IMG/VR virus record: IMGVR_UViG_3300025102_000024
Span: 1-61,894 of that record
Source of the DNA: a virus
Taxonomy: Duplodnaviria; Caudoviricetes
Reading direction: 5' to 3' (one strand)
Length of the DNA: 61,894 nucleotides
Shown: positions 18,571 to 28,618 of the stretch, in pieces
Position numbering within the stretch: position 1 is the first letter of the stretch
Layout: each line of letters begins with the position of its first letter
Translations under genes and position numbers: made by a program
Notes under the pieces: model-generated
Databases searched by the model: none
What the model saw: only the letters and a program-made list of their open reading frames with translations
What the model was told of the DNA's origin: nothing

Positions 18571-21402
18571 TCATCCCAAAGCAATCGCCAGAGCAACAAC
18601 ATCAGCGTTCGTAACACCACCAGCAGATGTGACAGTCGCAGTATCACCTGAAACAGCAGCAGCAATGCCTGAACCAACAAAGTTGATTGTAGTGACACTA
18701 CCAGCAGTTCCGACTGTTGATCCTTCATCTTTAATTGATAGACCCTCAACACGAACTGTAGCAATACCAGTATTAGATACTGCATCAACACTTACTAGTG
18801 ATCCCTCAAAGTCAAGTCCTGTGGCACCAGTTGCTTTAGCACCACTACCCTCAGATACTCCTAGACCTGCTATTGCATTGACAGTCACCGTTGCAATACC
18901 TGCACCAACAGCTGCATCAGCAGTGACGACACTACCTAAGAAGTTAATTGTGGAGATACTATTTGCAGAACCAACGATAGTATTCTCATCACGAATTGAA
19001 ATACCTTCAATCGCACCAGCAGGAGCAGAAGTTACCCAAGTTGGAGCAGCTCCAGCACCATTTGATTGTAGGATTTGTCCTGAACTACCTGTGTCTAATA
19101 AATCTGTATCATTATTTGAATCTTGATATAGGATTTGATTAGTTCCATTGATTGCAAGGTCAGTTGCAAGAGTTGCAGTGCCAGATAAGTTACCAGTCAC
19201 ATTACCAGTTAAATCACCAGAGAAACCACCACTTGATGTAGTGACACCCGTGACCACAACACCAAATCCATTTGCTTGTGCCTTGACTGCTCCACCAAAT
19301 TTTAATGCAGATGCATCTATACCTGTTAAATTACTACCATCACCACTGAAACTTGTAGCAGTAACAACACCTGTTGCAATGACACCTGTTGCATTTAAAG
19401 TTACCCCTGAACCAACAACAGCACCACCTGAAACTGTAAGTGCACCTAATGTTCCGACACTTGTAAGTGAAGAACTGACAACATTAGCACCAAGAGTAGT
19501 TGCAGAAAGAACCTCAGTTCCATTAATTTTATAAACCTTACCAGATGCAACATCAAGATGCTCACTTGATTTTAATGAGTCAGCAGTATTATTATATCTT
19601 ATAAACTTCCTTATACCCGTTGAACCAATTCCAATACCTGCACCATCTAATAATGCGTTTGTTGGAACTGTTGATGCAATACCAACTACAAAGTCTCCAA
19701 ACTCTATGTCACCATTGTGAACTGAGAATGTTGTACCATCAACAAACAAGTCACCTTTAATTCTTACCTTTCCTGTATTATCACCAACTGCAGCAGGGTC
19801 GATAAAGAGTTCAGCAGGTCCTGTAATACTATTGGTTGTGATATTAACTCCAGTTCCACTCGCACCTGTTGATAATCTAGAGAAGGTTGCAATACCTGTG
19901 CTGTTTAAACTTCCATTACCAAGTGCAGTGTTGATACCTGTTAATCCAGAACCATCTCCAACGAAGGTATTCCCAGTTATGGTTCCCGATGCGGTTATAT
20001 TTCCAGTTACATTTAATAGTGATCCATTGAATGTTAAATTACCACTATCCTCTACAGCACCTGAACCACCTGCAAGAACCACACGACCAGAAGTTAAGTC
20101 TGATACGATTAGTGACGCTGCTGATAAATCCGTTCCGTTAAAGACTAAGTTTCCACTATCCTGTAAAGCACCAGACCCTCCAACAGTTACAACACGACCT
20201 GATGTTAAATCACTTACAGTTGCAGATGATAAAGTTGTTTCTCCACCAGTTACTGATAATCCACCACGAAGAGTTGCTGCATAGTTACTATTAACAACAT
20301 TAGAGTTATTCTGGACAGCATTGCCCATGTACCCGTGGTTTGTACATTGGTAGTGAAGAACTATTGGAGTTTCATCACCAACTGCTATTTGTGTATATGC
20401 ACCAGAGTTACCAGCAGTTCCGTTTACGGTTACTCCTGTGCTGTAAGTTGTTGTTTTATCTGCCTCAAGATAGAAGTTTATAGGGTGATTACTATTACTA
20501 TTATCACTCTGATCAAATTTATAAGTTCTACCTGGTGTAAGTGTTATGAATGGAGAGAATACTCCATCAATTTTATATCCTAAACTACTACCTTGCCCTT
20601 GATATCTGTGTGTAGAGTCCTTTGATGCAACAGTTACAGTATAAGTTTTTACTGTATCACTATGAGGTGCCCTTAAATCATCAAACCCAGAAATTGATCC
20701 TGAGACATCTAAACTATTGCGAATAGTCGCAGCATAGTTTGTATTTAATACATTGGCATTGCTTTGTATCGCATTGCCCATATAACCATGATTTGTGCAT
20801 TGATAGTGAAGCACCACTGGTGTCTCATCACCTACAACGATCTGAGTATAAGCACCAGAGTTACCAGCAGTTCCATTAACAGTTACACCTGTGCTATAAG
20901 TAGTCGTCTTATCTGACTCTAAGTAAAAGTTTATGGGGTGATTACTATTACTATTATCACTCTGATCAAATCTATATGTTCTACCTGGTGTGAGGGTTAA
21001 AAAGGGAGACTCAACACCATCTACTTTATATCCTAAACTACTTCCTTGTCCGTTATATCTGTGATCGTTAGTCTTTGTTGCTACAACAACTGTAAATACT
21101 TTGATTGTATCAGAGTGTGGTGCTCCTAGATTATCGAATCCACCGATTGATCCACGAACATCTAACTTTGATAAGGGAACTGTTGTCCCTATGCCAACTG
21201 AATTACTATAATGTATAGACAATCCACCATATGCCTCAGTCCACGGAGTTAAATTGGTGACAGTTGCTAACCCTACACCTTCTCTCTCAGTGTAAAGAAA
21301 ACCGTCATATGTATTAAGTGCTAATTCTCCTAGTTGAAGGTCAGACCCAGCTGGTCGTTTCCCCTCAATCGCAGACCTTTTCAGTCTAAATGGTGTCGCC
21401 AT
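18571..21402 (-). CDS. Long tail fibre protein with Mtd_N-like N-terminus and duplicated 151-aa domain
   Basis: LKRS...P...LQLGELALN..DG N-terminal motif; Gly/Ser/Thr-rich repeats; 453-nt tandem duplication. Confidence 0.8.
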   Translation of the reverse strand: MATPFRLKRSAIEGKRPAGSDLQLGELALNTYDGFLYTEREGVGLATVTNLTPWTEAYGGLSIHYSNSVGIGTTVPLSKLDVRGSIGGFDNLGAPHSDTIKVFTVVVATKTNDHRYNGQGSSLGYKVDGVESPFLTLTPGRTYRFDQSDNSNSNHPINFYLESDKTTTYSTGVTVNGTAGNSGAYTQIVVGDETPVVLHYQCTNHGYMGNAIQSNANVLNTNYAATIRNSLDVSGSISGFDDLRAPHSDTVKTYTVTVASKDSTHRYQGQGSSLGYKIDGVFSPFITLTPGRTYKFDQSDNSNSNHPINFYLEADKTTTYSTGVTVNGTAGNSGAYTQIAVGDETPIVLHYQCTNHGYMGNAVQNNSNVVNSNYAATLRGGLSVTGGETTLSSATVSDLTSGRVVTVGGSGALQDSGNLVFNGTDLSAASLIVSDLTSGRVVLAGGSGAVEDSGNLTFNGSLLNVTGNITASGTITGNTFVGDGSGLTGINTALGNGSLNSTGIATFSRLSTGASGTGVNITTNSITGPAELFIDPAAVGDNTGKVRIKGDLFVDGTTFSVHNGDIEFGDFVVGIASTVPTNALLDGAGIGIGSTGIRKFIRYNNTADSLKSSEHLDVASGKVYKINGTEVLSATTLGANVVSSSLTSVGTLGALTVSGGAVVGSGVTLNATGVIATGVVTATSFSGDGSNLTGIDASALKFGGAVKAQANGFGVVVTGVTTSSGGFSGDLTGNVTGNLSGTATLATDLAINGTNQILYQDSNNDTDLLDTGSSGQILQSNGAGAAPTWVTSAPAGAIEGISIRDENTIVGSANSISTINFLGSVVTADAAVGAGIATVTVNAIAGLGVSEGSGAKATGATGLDFEGSLVSVDAVSNTGIATVRVEGLSIKDEGSTVGTAGSVTTINFVGSGIAAAVSGDTATVTSAGGVTNADVVALAIALG
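20270..21150 (-). repeat. Intragenic tandem duplication, period 453 nt (boundaries approximate)
   Basis: GCACCAGAGTTACCAGCAGTTCC at 20399 and 20852; both copies encode LTPGRTY..DQSDNSNSNHPINFYLE...LHYQCTNHGYMGNA. Confidence 0.9.
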
Positions 21403-21409
21403 TATTTCA

Positions 21410-21460
21410 TTCGGTATGTACCAAAATTAAGCAGTATATACTACCTATTGAGTTATTTAT
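21410..21460 (-). promoter_or_regulatory. Late promoter plus twin-hairpin 5' leader of the long fibre gene
   Basis: ATAAATA at 21454-21460; hairpins GGUAGU-AUAU-ACUGCU and UUUGGU-ACAU-ACCGAA. Confidence 0.55.
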
Positions 21461-21832
21461 TCAACTTGCATTATTCCGTCTTGGACGATACGAAAATAAA
21501 TTGCTTGGAGGGTCTGGTTCCATCCATTTTTTTATCTTTTCGTATCTCTGTTCACTAAAAAAATCTTGTGAAGAATACCATTCCACCCAAGGTTCATGTC
21601 CCTTATGTTGATTGCAGGTTGAACAACAGCAAACAACGTTCTTTGTAAAATCAGTTCCTCCCTTTGAACGGGGTACAATATGATCTATGGTTAAATTATT
21701 GCCTGATCCACAATACGCACAGACGTAGTTCCACGTTTCCTTTATCTTTCTCCTCCATAACCTTTTTGCTTCCTGTGAACTTGTTGTTTCCAAGTTAAAC
21801 AAATAGTGACGGGGTGAAGATAGAACTCTCAT
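21461..21832 (-). CDS. HNH endonuclease
   Basis: CAYCG...LTIDHIVPRSKGG...NVV..C..CN..K. Confidence 0.92.
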   Translation of the reverse strand: MRVLSSPRHYLFNLETTSSQEAKRLWRRKIKETWNYVCAYCGSGNNLTIDHIVPRSKGGTDFTKNVVCCCSTCNQHKGHEPWVEWYSSQDFFSEQRYEKIKKWMEPDPPSNLFSYRPRRNNAS

Positions 21833-21850
21833 ATGTGCTTGCGACTATGA

Positions 21851-22102
21851 TTATTTATCTTTTTGATATTTTTTTATACTTTCTTCCCATTCTGACATAC
21901 TTGACTGCATTTGACCTTCATTTTCTTTTGCATCATATTGATTATATCCCTTTATTCTTTTCCACTCGTTATATAATGCTCCCAGTATCCAAGACTGAGA
22001 TAAACTTTTAGGTCCACTCTCCAAGAGTTCAAGATATCTCTTATTACTTGTATAACTTTTATACTCTTCTCTCCAGTTGGAGTCATCATATGGTTTCTTC
22101 AC
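21851..22102 (-). CDS. Conserved cyanophage hypothetical protein
   Basis: GTG start overlapping the upstream stop (GTGA); DDSNWREEY...GPKSLSQSW. Confidence 0.7.
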   Translation of the reverse strand: MKKPYDDSNWREEYKSYTSNKRYLELLESGPKSLSQSWILGALYNEWKRIKGYNQYDAKENEGQMQSSMSEWEESIKKYQKDK

Positions 22103-22242
22103 TCTTCTCCTTCAAGAGTTACATTACGAACCACAATTCTATCACCTTCGATTCTGAATTGTAATTCATCCTCATTGTCCCACATGAGTTCTTGATATAA
22201 TGAGTCTAATACTCTCATGTCGTGCCAAAGATCGTTCGCCAT
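22099..22242 (-). CDS. 47-aa hypothetical protein (not in ORF track)
   Basis: MANDLWHDMRVLDSLYQELMWDNEDELQFRIEGDRIVVRNVTLEGEE; AAGGA upstream; stop overlaps next start. Confidence 0.7.
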   Translation of the reverse strand: MANDLWHDMRVLDSLYQELMWDNEDELQFRIEGDRIVVRNVTLEGEE

Positions 22243-22261
22243 TTATCCTTTGTAAGTCCTG

Positions 22262-22630
22262 TTATTTATTATTTTCACTTAAGTATAGCATAGCATTTTT
22301 GAGGGTGTCAACATTATGTTTAAATCCTTTCAATCCCTTTTCACAATCTCTGCATACATTATTTGATACCTTTGTATTTGATTCTTTACAGATTAAACAA
22401 GATCCAACTTGGTATTTTTTCTTTATTTTATTCTCATACTCTCTCACTCGATCACGAGTGCAGACCTTACACTCATAAGCATAAGATGATATTTTTGTTG
22501 CATCTGGTCGGCATTTATAAAAATCAGCAATTAAATTTTTCTCCTTTCCGCATACACGACAGGTTCTTTCTTTTAAAAATAAATGCTGAGTTTCTAATTC
22601 AAAGTCAATACCCATTTTTTCCTTCAGCAT
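22262..22630 (-). CDS. Zn-finger, endonuclease VII-like protein, probably catalytically degenerate
   Basis: CRVC...FY...CKVC N-terminus; CLIC...CRDC..GL..F....L..A..YL C-terminus without the DH/N residues. Confidence 0.6.
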   Translation of the reverse strand: MLKEKMGIDFELETQHLFLKERTCRVCGKEKNLIADFYKCRPDATKISSYAYECKVCTRDRVREYENKIKKKYQVGSCLICKESNTKVSNNVCRDCEKGLKGFKHNVDTLKNAMLYLSENNK

Positions 22631-22862
22631 AATCTAAAGCTTGCTTTGCAGTTTGCATTAGACGAACTCTACGCATATCGTGAGTGTTAGGTAATGTTAA
22701 AGAAAACCCTAGCAAATCTCCATCAGGATCATCAGGTATTCCAATTGGTTGAACAAAAAATATTCCTGCATGTGCCACACATTTCCACCCTATATCCACA
22801 AAACCCAAATCTCTCAGGGCACATTCAAGTTTAAGGGAGTAACAAGCTTCTTTTAGAATCAT
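22605..22862 (-). CDS. Hypothetical protein
   Basis: 85-aa ORF in operon context. Confidence 0.65.
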   Translation of the reverse strand: MILKEACYSLKLECALRDLGFVDIGWKCVAHAGIFFVQPIGIPDDPDGDLLGFSLTLPNTHDMRRVRLMQTAKQALDYAEGKNGY

Positions 22863-22889
22863 ATTTTATCTATAAAAAGTCTAATAAGC

Positions 22890-22920
22890 AAAAAAATACC
22901 CCGAAATTTTTTCCGAGGTA
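22890..22920 (-). terminator. Intrinsic terminator after psbD
   Basis: TACCTCGGAA...TTTCGGGGTA hairpin followed by T-run. Confidence 0.65.
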
Positions 22921-22945
22921 AATGTAATTAAAAGTTGATTTTGGT

Positions 22946-24022
22946 TTAGAGTGCGTTACCACGAGGTAATACTTCCTCTGGGAACACGAAGTTCTCATGA
23001 GGTTGGTCAACAGATGACATCCATGCTCTCATACCTTCGTTGAGAAGAATATTCTTTGTGTAGAAAGTTTCAAACTCTGGATCTTCTGCTGCTCTTATCT
23101 CTTGAGATACAAAATCGTATGCTCTTAAGTTAAGTGCAAGACCTACAATACCAATTGATGATGTCCACATTCCCATCACAGGAACGAACAGCATAAGGAA
23201 GTGTAAGAATCTTTTGTTTGAGAAAGCAACACCAAATATCTGTGACCAGAATCTGTTTGCTGTAATCATACTATAAGTTTCCTCTTCCTGTGTAGGATCA
23301 AATGCTCTGAATGTTGTGCTTTGAACCTTACCTTCTGAATAAACAGAGGTGTCTTCATACAAAGTGTTCTGTACTGTTGCACCGTGAATGGCACAGAGTA
23401 ATGCTCCACCTAGTATTCCTGCTACACCCATCATATGAAATGGGTTAAGAGTAATATTGTGGAATCCTTGTATGAATAAAATATATCTAAAAATTGCTGC
23501 GACACCAAATGATGGTGCGAAGAACCAACTATGCTGACCTAAAGGATAGATCAAAAAGATGCTTGTGAAGACTGCGATAACAGCAGAGAATGCTAGAGCA
23601 TTGTAAGGACGAATCCCAACAAGTCCTGCAATCTCAAATTGACGAAGCATGAAACCTATAAGTCCGAAGACTCCATGTAATGCTACAAAGTTCCATAGTC
23701 CACCAAGTTGAACCCAACGAACGAATGAACCTTGTGCTTCAGGTCCCCAGAGGAACATGAGACTATGACCCATTGCATCACCAGGTGTGGAGACTGCTGC
23801 TGTTAAGAAGTTTGCTCCCTCTAAGTAAGAGGATGCGATACCGTGTGTATACCATGAGGTAACGAAAGTAGTTCCAACGAACCAACCTCCGATAGCAAGG
23901 TAAGCACAAGGTAAAAGTAAAAGACCAGACCATCCGATGAATACAAAACGATCTCTCTTTAACCAGTCATCAAGAACATCAAACCAACCCCTTGTGGGTG
24001 CTTGTAAGGTAGATGCTACCAT
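22946..24022 (-). CDS. psbD: Photosystem II D2 protein
   Basis: [16 protein letters not shown]...[10 protein letters not shown]; AGGAG RBS. Confidence 0.99.
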   Translation of the reverse strand: MVASTLQAPTRGWFDVLDDWLKRDRFVFIGWSGLLLLPCAYLAIGGWFVGTTFVTSWYTHGIASSYLEGANFLTAAVSTPGDAMGHSLMFLWGPEAQGSFVRWVQLGGLWNFVALHGVFGLIGFMLRQFEIAGLVGIRPYNALAFSAVIAVFTSIFLIYPLGQHSWFFAPSFGVAAIFRYILFIQGFHNITLNPFHMMGVAGILGGALLCAIHGATVQNTLYEDTSVYSEGKVQSTTFRAFDPTQEEETYSMITANRFWSQIFGVAFSNKRFLHFLMLFVPVMGMWTSSIGIVGLALNLRAYDFVSQEIRAAEDPEFETFYTKNILLNEGMRAWMSSVDQPHENFVFPEEVLPRGNAL

Positions 24023-24036
24023 TAATTTCTCCTATG

Positions 24037-24060
24037 AAAAAGGGGTCATAAAGACCCCCT
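24037..24060 (-). terminator. Intrinsic terminator between psbA and psbD
   Basis: AGGGGGTC-TTTAT-GACCCCT-TTTT. Confidence 0.7.
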
Positions 24061-24082
24061 GAGTTATTATTTGATTAATAAA

Positions 24083-25171
24083 TTAACCAATTGCAGGTGC
24101 TGTTAAAGCAACTGTTGTAGACTCTGCAGATGCTAAGTCTAGTGGGAAGTTGTGTGCATTTCTTTCATGCATTACTTCCATTCCTAAGTTTGCTCTGTTA
24201 AGAACATCTCCCCAAGTTGGTACAATCTTACCACCAGCGTCTACGACAGACTGGTTGAAGTTGAAACCGTTAAGGTTGAATGCCATTGTGCAGATACCCA
24301 TTGAGGTTAACCATACACATACAACAGGGAATACTGCTAGGAAGAAGTGTAAACTTCTTGAGTTATTGAATGAAGCATACTGGAAGATAAGACGACCAAA
24401 GTAACCGTGTGCAGCTACAATGTTGTATGTTTCTTCTTCTTGTCCGAACTTGTAACCATAGTTCTGAGATTCTGTCTCAGTTGTTTCTCTGATTAGAGAT
24501 GAAGTAACAAGTGAACCGTGCATTGCTGAGAATAAAGATCCTCCGAACATACCTGCAACACCAGCCATGTGGAATGGGTGCATAAGAATGTTGTGCTCTG
24601 CTTGGAATACGAACATAAAGTTAAATGTACCTGAGATACCTAGTGGCATTCCGTCTGAGAAAGATCCCTGACCGAAAGGATACACTAAGAATACTGCAAA
24701 TGCTGCAGATACAGGTGCTGAATATGCTACACATATCCAAGGTCTCATACCTAATCTGTATGATAGTTCCCACTGTCTGCCCATGTAAGCAGAAATTCCG
24801 ATTAGGAAGTGGAAAATAACTAACTGGTAAGGACCACCGTTATATAACCATTCATCTACTGTTGCTGCTTCCCAAATTGGGTAGAAGTGTAGACCTATAG
24901 CGTTTGATGAAGGAACAACTGCACCAGAGATGATGTTGTTACCGTACATGAAAGAACCCGCTACTGGTTCTCTGATTCCGTCGATATCGACTGGAGGTGC
25001 TGCTATGAAAGCAACGATAAAGCATGCTGCTGCTGCGAGCAAACATGGGATCATGAGTACACCGAACCAACCAACATAAATTCTGTTGTTTGTTGATGTA
25101 ACCCACTCACAGAACTCAGGCCATCCCTTTAGGATACCGCCTTGTCTGCGTGTGATATTTGAGGTTGTCAT
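24083..25171 (-). CDS. psbA: Photosystem II D1 protein (start moved to ATG 25171, MTTS...)
   Basis: [13 protein letters not shown]...[13 protein letters not shown]; uninterrupted; Prochlorococcus-like [16 protein letters not shown]. Confidence 0.99.
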   Translation of the reverse strand: MTTSNITRRQGGILKGWPEFCEWVTSTNNRIYVGWFGVLMIPCLLAAAACFIVAFIAAPPVDIDGIREPVAGSFMYGNNIISGAVVPSSNAIGLHFYPIWEAATVDEWLYNGGPYQLVIFHFLIGISAYMGRQWELSYRLGMRPWICVAYSAPVSAAFAVFLVYPFGQGSFSDGMPLGISGTFNFMFVFQAEHNILMHPFHMAGVAGMFGGSLFSAMHGSLVTSSLIRETTETESQNYGYKFGQEEETYNIVAAHGYFGRLIFQYASFNNSRSLHFFLAVFPVVCVWLTSMGICTMAFNLNGFNFNQSVVDAGGKIVPTWGDVLNRANLGMEVMHERNAHNFPLDLASAESTTVALTAPAIG

Positions 25172-25179
25172 TAGTAAGA

Positions 25180-25292
25180 CGTTTAAGTAGGGCATCAGGG
25201 GAGATGCGAGACTTATTTCCTGTAACCCCTCGCTACAGGATATGAGAGACTATTGCTTATACTGCCTATAGGTCTCGGTTTAAGAGCAGTCT
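25180..25292 (-). ncRNA. PhotoRC-II-like structured psbA leader RNA
   Basis: GAGAC/GTCTC, TCCTGTAGC/GTTACAGGA and GCATC/GATGC pairings upstream of phage psbA; family recalled, not searched. Confidence 0.7.
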
Positions 25293-25350
25293 ACTTGGGA
25301 GGGCGATCCGTTCGAGTCCCAAATAAATTGTGAGGAATCCCTCACCGATG

Positions 25351-25384
25351 TATTTATATTAACAAATCTTTACAAAATTGTCAA
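25351..25384 (-). promoter_or_regulatory. psbA composite promoter: sigma70, T4 late and HLR1-like repeat
   Basis: TTGACA-17-TAATAT; TATAAATA at 25351-25358; TTAACAAA-N2-TTTACAAA at 25359-25376. Confidence 0.7.
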
Positions 25385-25393
25385 TAAGTATTA

Positions 25394-27817
25394 TTACTTA
25401 TTCTTTGCCATCCTCTTAATTTTGTTGATTGTCTTCTGTTTATTGACTACTGCATCTATCTCTGGATCACCTGTAGGAGGCATGGAATTTGCACTTGCAG
25501 GATCTAATTTCTTATATCTATTTGCCTTTTTACCATACTCTGGATGAAATCCATTTATCATCTTAGGTGGTGATTCAGCAGGAAACTCAGGTGCAATCTT
25601 TTTGTTCTCTAAGAATCTTCTCTTAATTAACTCATAGGTAGATTCTTCTTTCTTAGGTATTACAGGATGAGACTTAAAGTATGCTTCATTAATCCATTTT
25701 TCATTTTCCTCTTGTAATATCTCATTAATTTTAGACTGAAGCATATTACTTTTAACACCATGTTGATCTTCCATGAATACGATTGAGTCTCCTTCAATAT
25801 GTTCTTTCCTTGTTACATTATACTTTTTACCATTGAAAAGGAATGAATACATATTAGGATTTTTACCCCAATACTGCTCTAATTCTTTTGCACCCATCTT
25901 CTTATAATCATTCAAGGCATGACCAAAGGCATGCTTACCATTACCAATCAATTCAAGAACTCCGTTCATTTTTTCCTGAGACTGAATTACATTATGATTG
26001 ATAAAATCTTTAGTCCATGATGTTCTTTCTTGTGGTTTGAATGGTTGAGGACCACCAATGTTCTTATTAAATAACTTATCCATGTCTTGGAAGTTTGTTT
26101 CTGGTTTTTTATTCTTATCTTTATATCTTTGACCAGGACTTACCTTGTAAGTTTTTTGTTTTGTCTCTGGTAAAATAACTGGTTGAGTTAAATGTCCGAA
26201 GATTTCTCTCTTTCTTTCAAGAGATAATCCCTCTTCCATACCACCACGATTAGTTGTGCTACCAAGTGGTCTACCACCTTGGCCTCCTTGATTGATTTTA
26301 ATTTTACTATTGGGAACTTTTACTTTATACTTCATGGTAGGTGAATTATATAAACCACCATGTTGATTTGCACCTGTAATACCTGTTTTAGCAGCAATAA
26401 CACCACCCACGACTACAGGAATACTACCTGCACCTAGTGAATCCAATTCAATTCCTGCTGCTGTTAAAGCAGCACCGAGTGGTGTATCTTCTGCTCCTTC
26501 TACACTACCACCTGGTCTAAATTCATAATTTTTTTCAATAGTCCAATTCTGTCCATTACTATTTTTAAAGTCTTCAAAATCAATTTGTACATTATTATGA
26601 ATCGAATTATCTAATCCAGGTCTGTCATAAACTTTATCTTGAAGTCCCTTTGTCACCGCATCTTTTGCTAAGTCCCACATTAACTCACCAACTGTCGTGG
26701 CATCACTGTTTGGAGGTTTTTGTGCTAATGGTTTATTTGCTCTGTCAGGATTATTTTGAACTTCTAATGCTTTTTTAATTGCATCATTTACAATAGGATC
26801 ATTCCTCACATCATTTAATGCATTTAAATCCCTATCTGAAAATTCGTTTGTAACATCAATCCTTTCATCAGAACCATTCGGGTTCTTTTTAAGAAAATCA
26901 TCATACTTGTTGAGCATGTTTGCTGAACTTTCCATGCGAGTTATCTTACCCAAATTTTCAATGACACCATCCATTACATCATCAAACTTGTCACCTAAAA
27001 AATCTTTTAATTGATCAATACCATCCTCAACATTTTTGTCAAAAGAATCTCCAAAATTCCTAAGACCTTTTTTTATCTTATCAAGCATTGCAGAGAAGTT
27101 ATCACCTGCTTGCTTATCTAATGGTGTAGCATCTGGAACTTCTCTTGGTTCTTTCTTAGAAACACCAGTTAGAATACAAGGGTATCTACCATATGCGTCA
27201 GGTGTTGCTGATGGAGGACCTGGATAGAATGCACGATATGAATAAGTAGCTGGATCGTTGGTGTTGCCATTTGCCTTTTTAATATCCCTAAACCAAAGTG
27301 CTTGCTCAGTCGTCAACTGCCCGTAAGAATAGAATGTACCAGTACCTGATCCACCACTTCCAGATGATCCATCCCAATCAGACAACTTACCATCAATACG
27401 ACCAAGGTTTACCATTCTACGATCTGATTCACGAATATATCCAACCATCGTCCAAGGATAAGACCATGTATAATACATGGCTGCCATTGGTCCTAAAACA
27501 TAACTTGTATCTCCTGGTGGTTCTTCTGTTTTTACATATTTTCCGTCCGCATGAACACCACCTGCATTAAATAAACCTGTTGTATCTCTTGCTTCTGTTG
27601 AATTGGTTGGATTTTCTCCTATATTATAATCTGTTTCGTCTGTCTCACCATCTGTAATTGTTTCAAAAGAATTACCTTGTGGATTACTAGGATCTCCTTG
27701 AAAAACAAATGCAGTATTATTTCTTGGCATATCCTCATCAAGCATAGAGAGTTTTTCATTCAACTCTGTAGACTTTAAATGATTTTTTAATTTTGAAAAA
27801 GTTTTTTTCTTTGCCAT
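25394..27817 (-). CDS. Large cyanophage hypothetical protein (807 aa)
   Basis: Long ORF; C-terminal NGFHP.YG...YKKLDP..A.SMP.TGDPEID. Confidence 0.8.
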   Translation of the reverse strand: MAKKKTFSKLKNHLKSTELNEKLSMLDEDMPRNNTAFVFQGDPSNPQGNSFETITDGETDETDYNIGENPTNSTEARDTTGLFNAGGVHADGKYVKTEEPPGDTSYVLGPMAAMYYTWSYPWTMVGYIRESDRRMVNLGRIDGKLSDWDGSSGSGGSGTGTFYSYGQLTTEQALWFRDIKKANGNTNDPATYSYRAFYPGPPSATPDAYGRYPCILTGVSKKEPREVPDATPLDKQAGDNFSAMLDKIKKGLRNFGDSFDKNVEDGIDQLKDFLGDKFDDVMDGVIENLGKITRMESSANMLNKYDDFLKKNPNGSDERIDVTNEFSDRDLNALNDVRNDPIVNDAIKKALEVQNNPDRANKPLAQKPPNSDATTVGELMWDLAKDAVTKGLQDKVYDRPGLDNSIHNNVQIDFEDFKNSNGQNWTIEKNYEFRPGGSVEGAEDTPLGAALTAAGIELDSLGAGSIPVVVGGVIAAKTGITGANQHGGLYNSPTMKYKVKVPNSKIKINQGGQGGRPLGSTTNRGGMEEGLSLERKREIFGHLTQPVILPETKQKTYKVSPGQRYKDKNKKPETNFQDMDKLFNKNIGGPQPFKPQERTSWTKDFINHNVIQSQEKMNGVLELIGNGKHAFGHALNDYKKMGAKELEQYWGKNPNMYSFLFNGKKYNVTRKEHIEGDSIVFMEDQHGVKSNMLQSKINEILQEENEKWINEAYFKSHPVIPKKEESTYELIKRRFLENKKIAPEFPAESPPKMINGFHPEYGKKANRYKKLDPASANSMPPTGDPEIDAVVNKQKTINKIKRMAKNK

Positions 27818-27829
27818 TATAAATTAATC

Positions 27830-28360
27830 CTATACTTTATTTATTATAACATCAGCACTTGGATATGTTACTGTACCTGATGGCCATGCTACCACAGTTA
27901 TTCGATTTGTGCTAGCTGAACCATTTACAACTTCAATGCCATGCCAAATATCTGGGTTGACCCATACAAATCTATTTGGTTTTGGTTCGATTATTGATCC
28001 ATCACAATCTTTAAACTTTAAATTACCACCCCATGATGTATCCCATGCAGGGTGTATGTAGTAAATATATCCACCATCTTCTCTGTGATATCCACCATTA
28101 GAAGGATCAGATGATTCTACATTAATATCTTTAGGTAAAACATTAAGAGAAGAAAATAATTTAATCTCACTCTCCCAGTCAGATTGCCACAAGTTAAGTG
28201 TGATTAATTTTTCTTTTATCCAAGAATTGATTTCAGTATGAAGAGAAGTTCTATTCTCAGAATACTCAGATGCATTTAAATAAGAACCTATACCAGATTG
28301 AATATAATTCCACTTACTACTATCTAAAAAATTATCTATACTAATTGCTGCTACACTCAT
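27830..28360 (-). CDS. 2OG-Fe(II) oxygenase, prolyl-hydroxylase-like
   Basis: YYIHPAWDTSWGGNL, PKPNR, WHGI, RIT; first metal motif atypical (HRED). Confidence 0.75.
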   Translation of the reverse strand: MSVAAISIDNFLDSSKWNYIQSGIGSYLNASEYSENRTSLHTEINSWIKEKLITLNLWQSDWESEIKLFSSLNVLPKDINVESSDPSNGGYHREDGGYIYYIHPAWDTSWGGNLKFKDCDGSIIEPKPNRFVWVNPDIWHGIEVVNGSASTNRITVVAWPSGTVTYPSADVIINKV

Positions 28361-28382
28361 TTACACAAATACTTTTAAGTAT

Positions 28383-28487
28383 TTATGTCTCTATCATAGC
28401 AGACATCATAACAACGAAGAGAGTTGTTAATATTACTGTCCCTGAGAATATCATAATAAACATTTGAAGTATTGTGGATACATTCAT
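28383..28487 (-). CDS. 34-aa single-TM microprotein
   Basis: MNVSTILQMFIMIFSGTVILTTLFVVMMSAMIET; ATGA overlap with upstream ORF. Confidence 0.65.
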   Translation of the reverse strand: MNVSTILQMFIMIFSGTVILTTLFVVMMSAMIET

Positions 28488-28618
28488 AATATACCTGCAT
28501 ATGCAGTAGTAGATAACCCGTATAGAGACACAAAAACTATCATCCAAGAAAATATTCTTGGAACATATTTGATTGATGGTGGTTGTTTGTATGCTTCCAT
28601 TACGTCGTGGTAATTCAT
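28484..28618 (-). CDS. 44-aa single-TM microprotein
   Basis: MNYHDVMEAYKQPPSIKYVPRIFSWMIVFVSLYGLSTTAYAGIL; ATGA overlaps at both ends. Confidence 0.7.
   Translation of the reverse strand: MNYHDVMEAYKQPPSIKYVPRIFSWMIVFVSLYGLSTTAYAGIL

Noticed and set aside
18571-21402. Diversity-generating retroelement suggested by the Mtd_N-like domain and repeats
   Set aside because: No reverse transcriptase in the window; repeat copies are coding and I saw no adenine-specific TR/VR pattern
22946-25171. Intron in psbA or psbD
   Set aside because: Both ORFs are continuous and of normal length
25304-25320. tRNA suggested by GTTCGAGTCCC (also 57776-57784)
   Set aside because: No T-stem pairing or cloverleaf; better explained as a minus-strand leader motif
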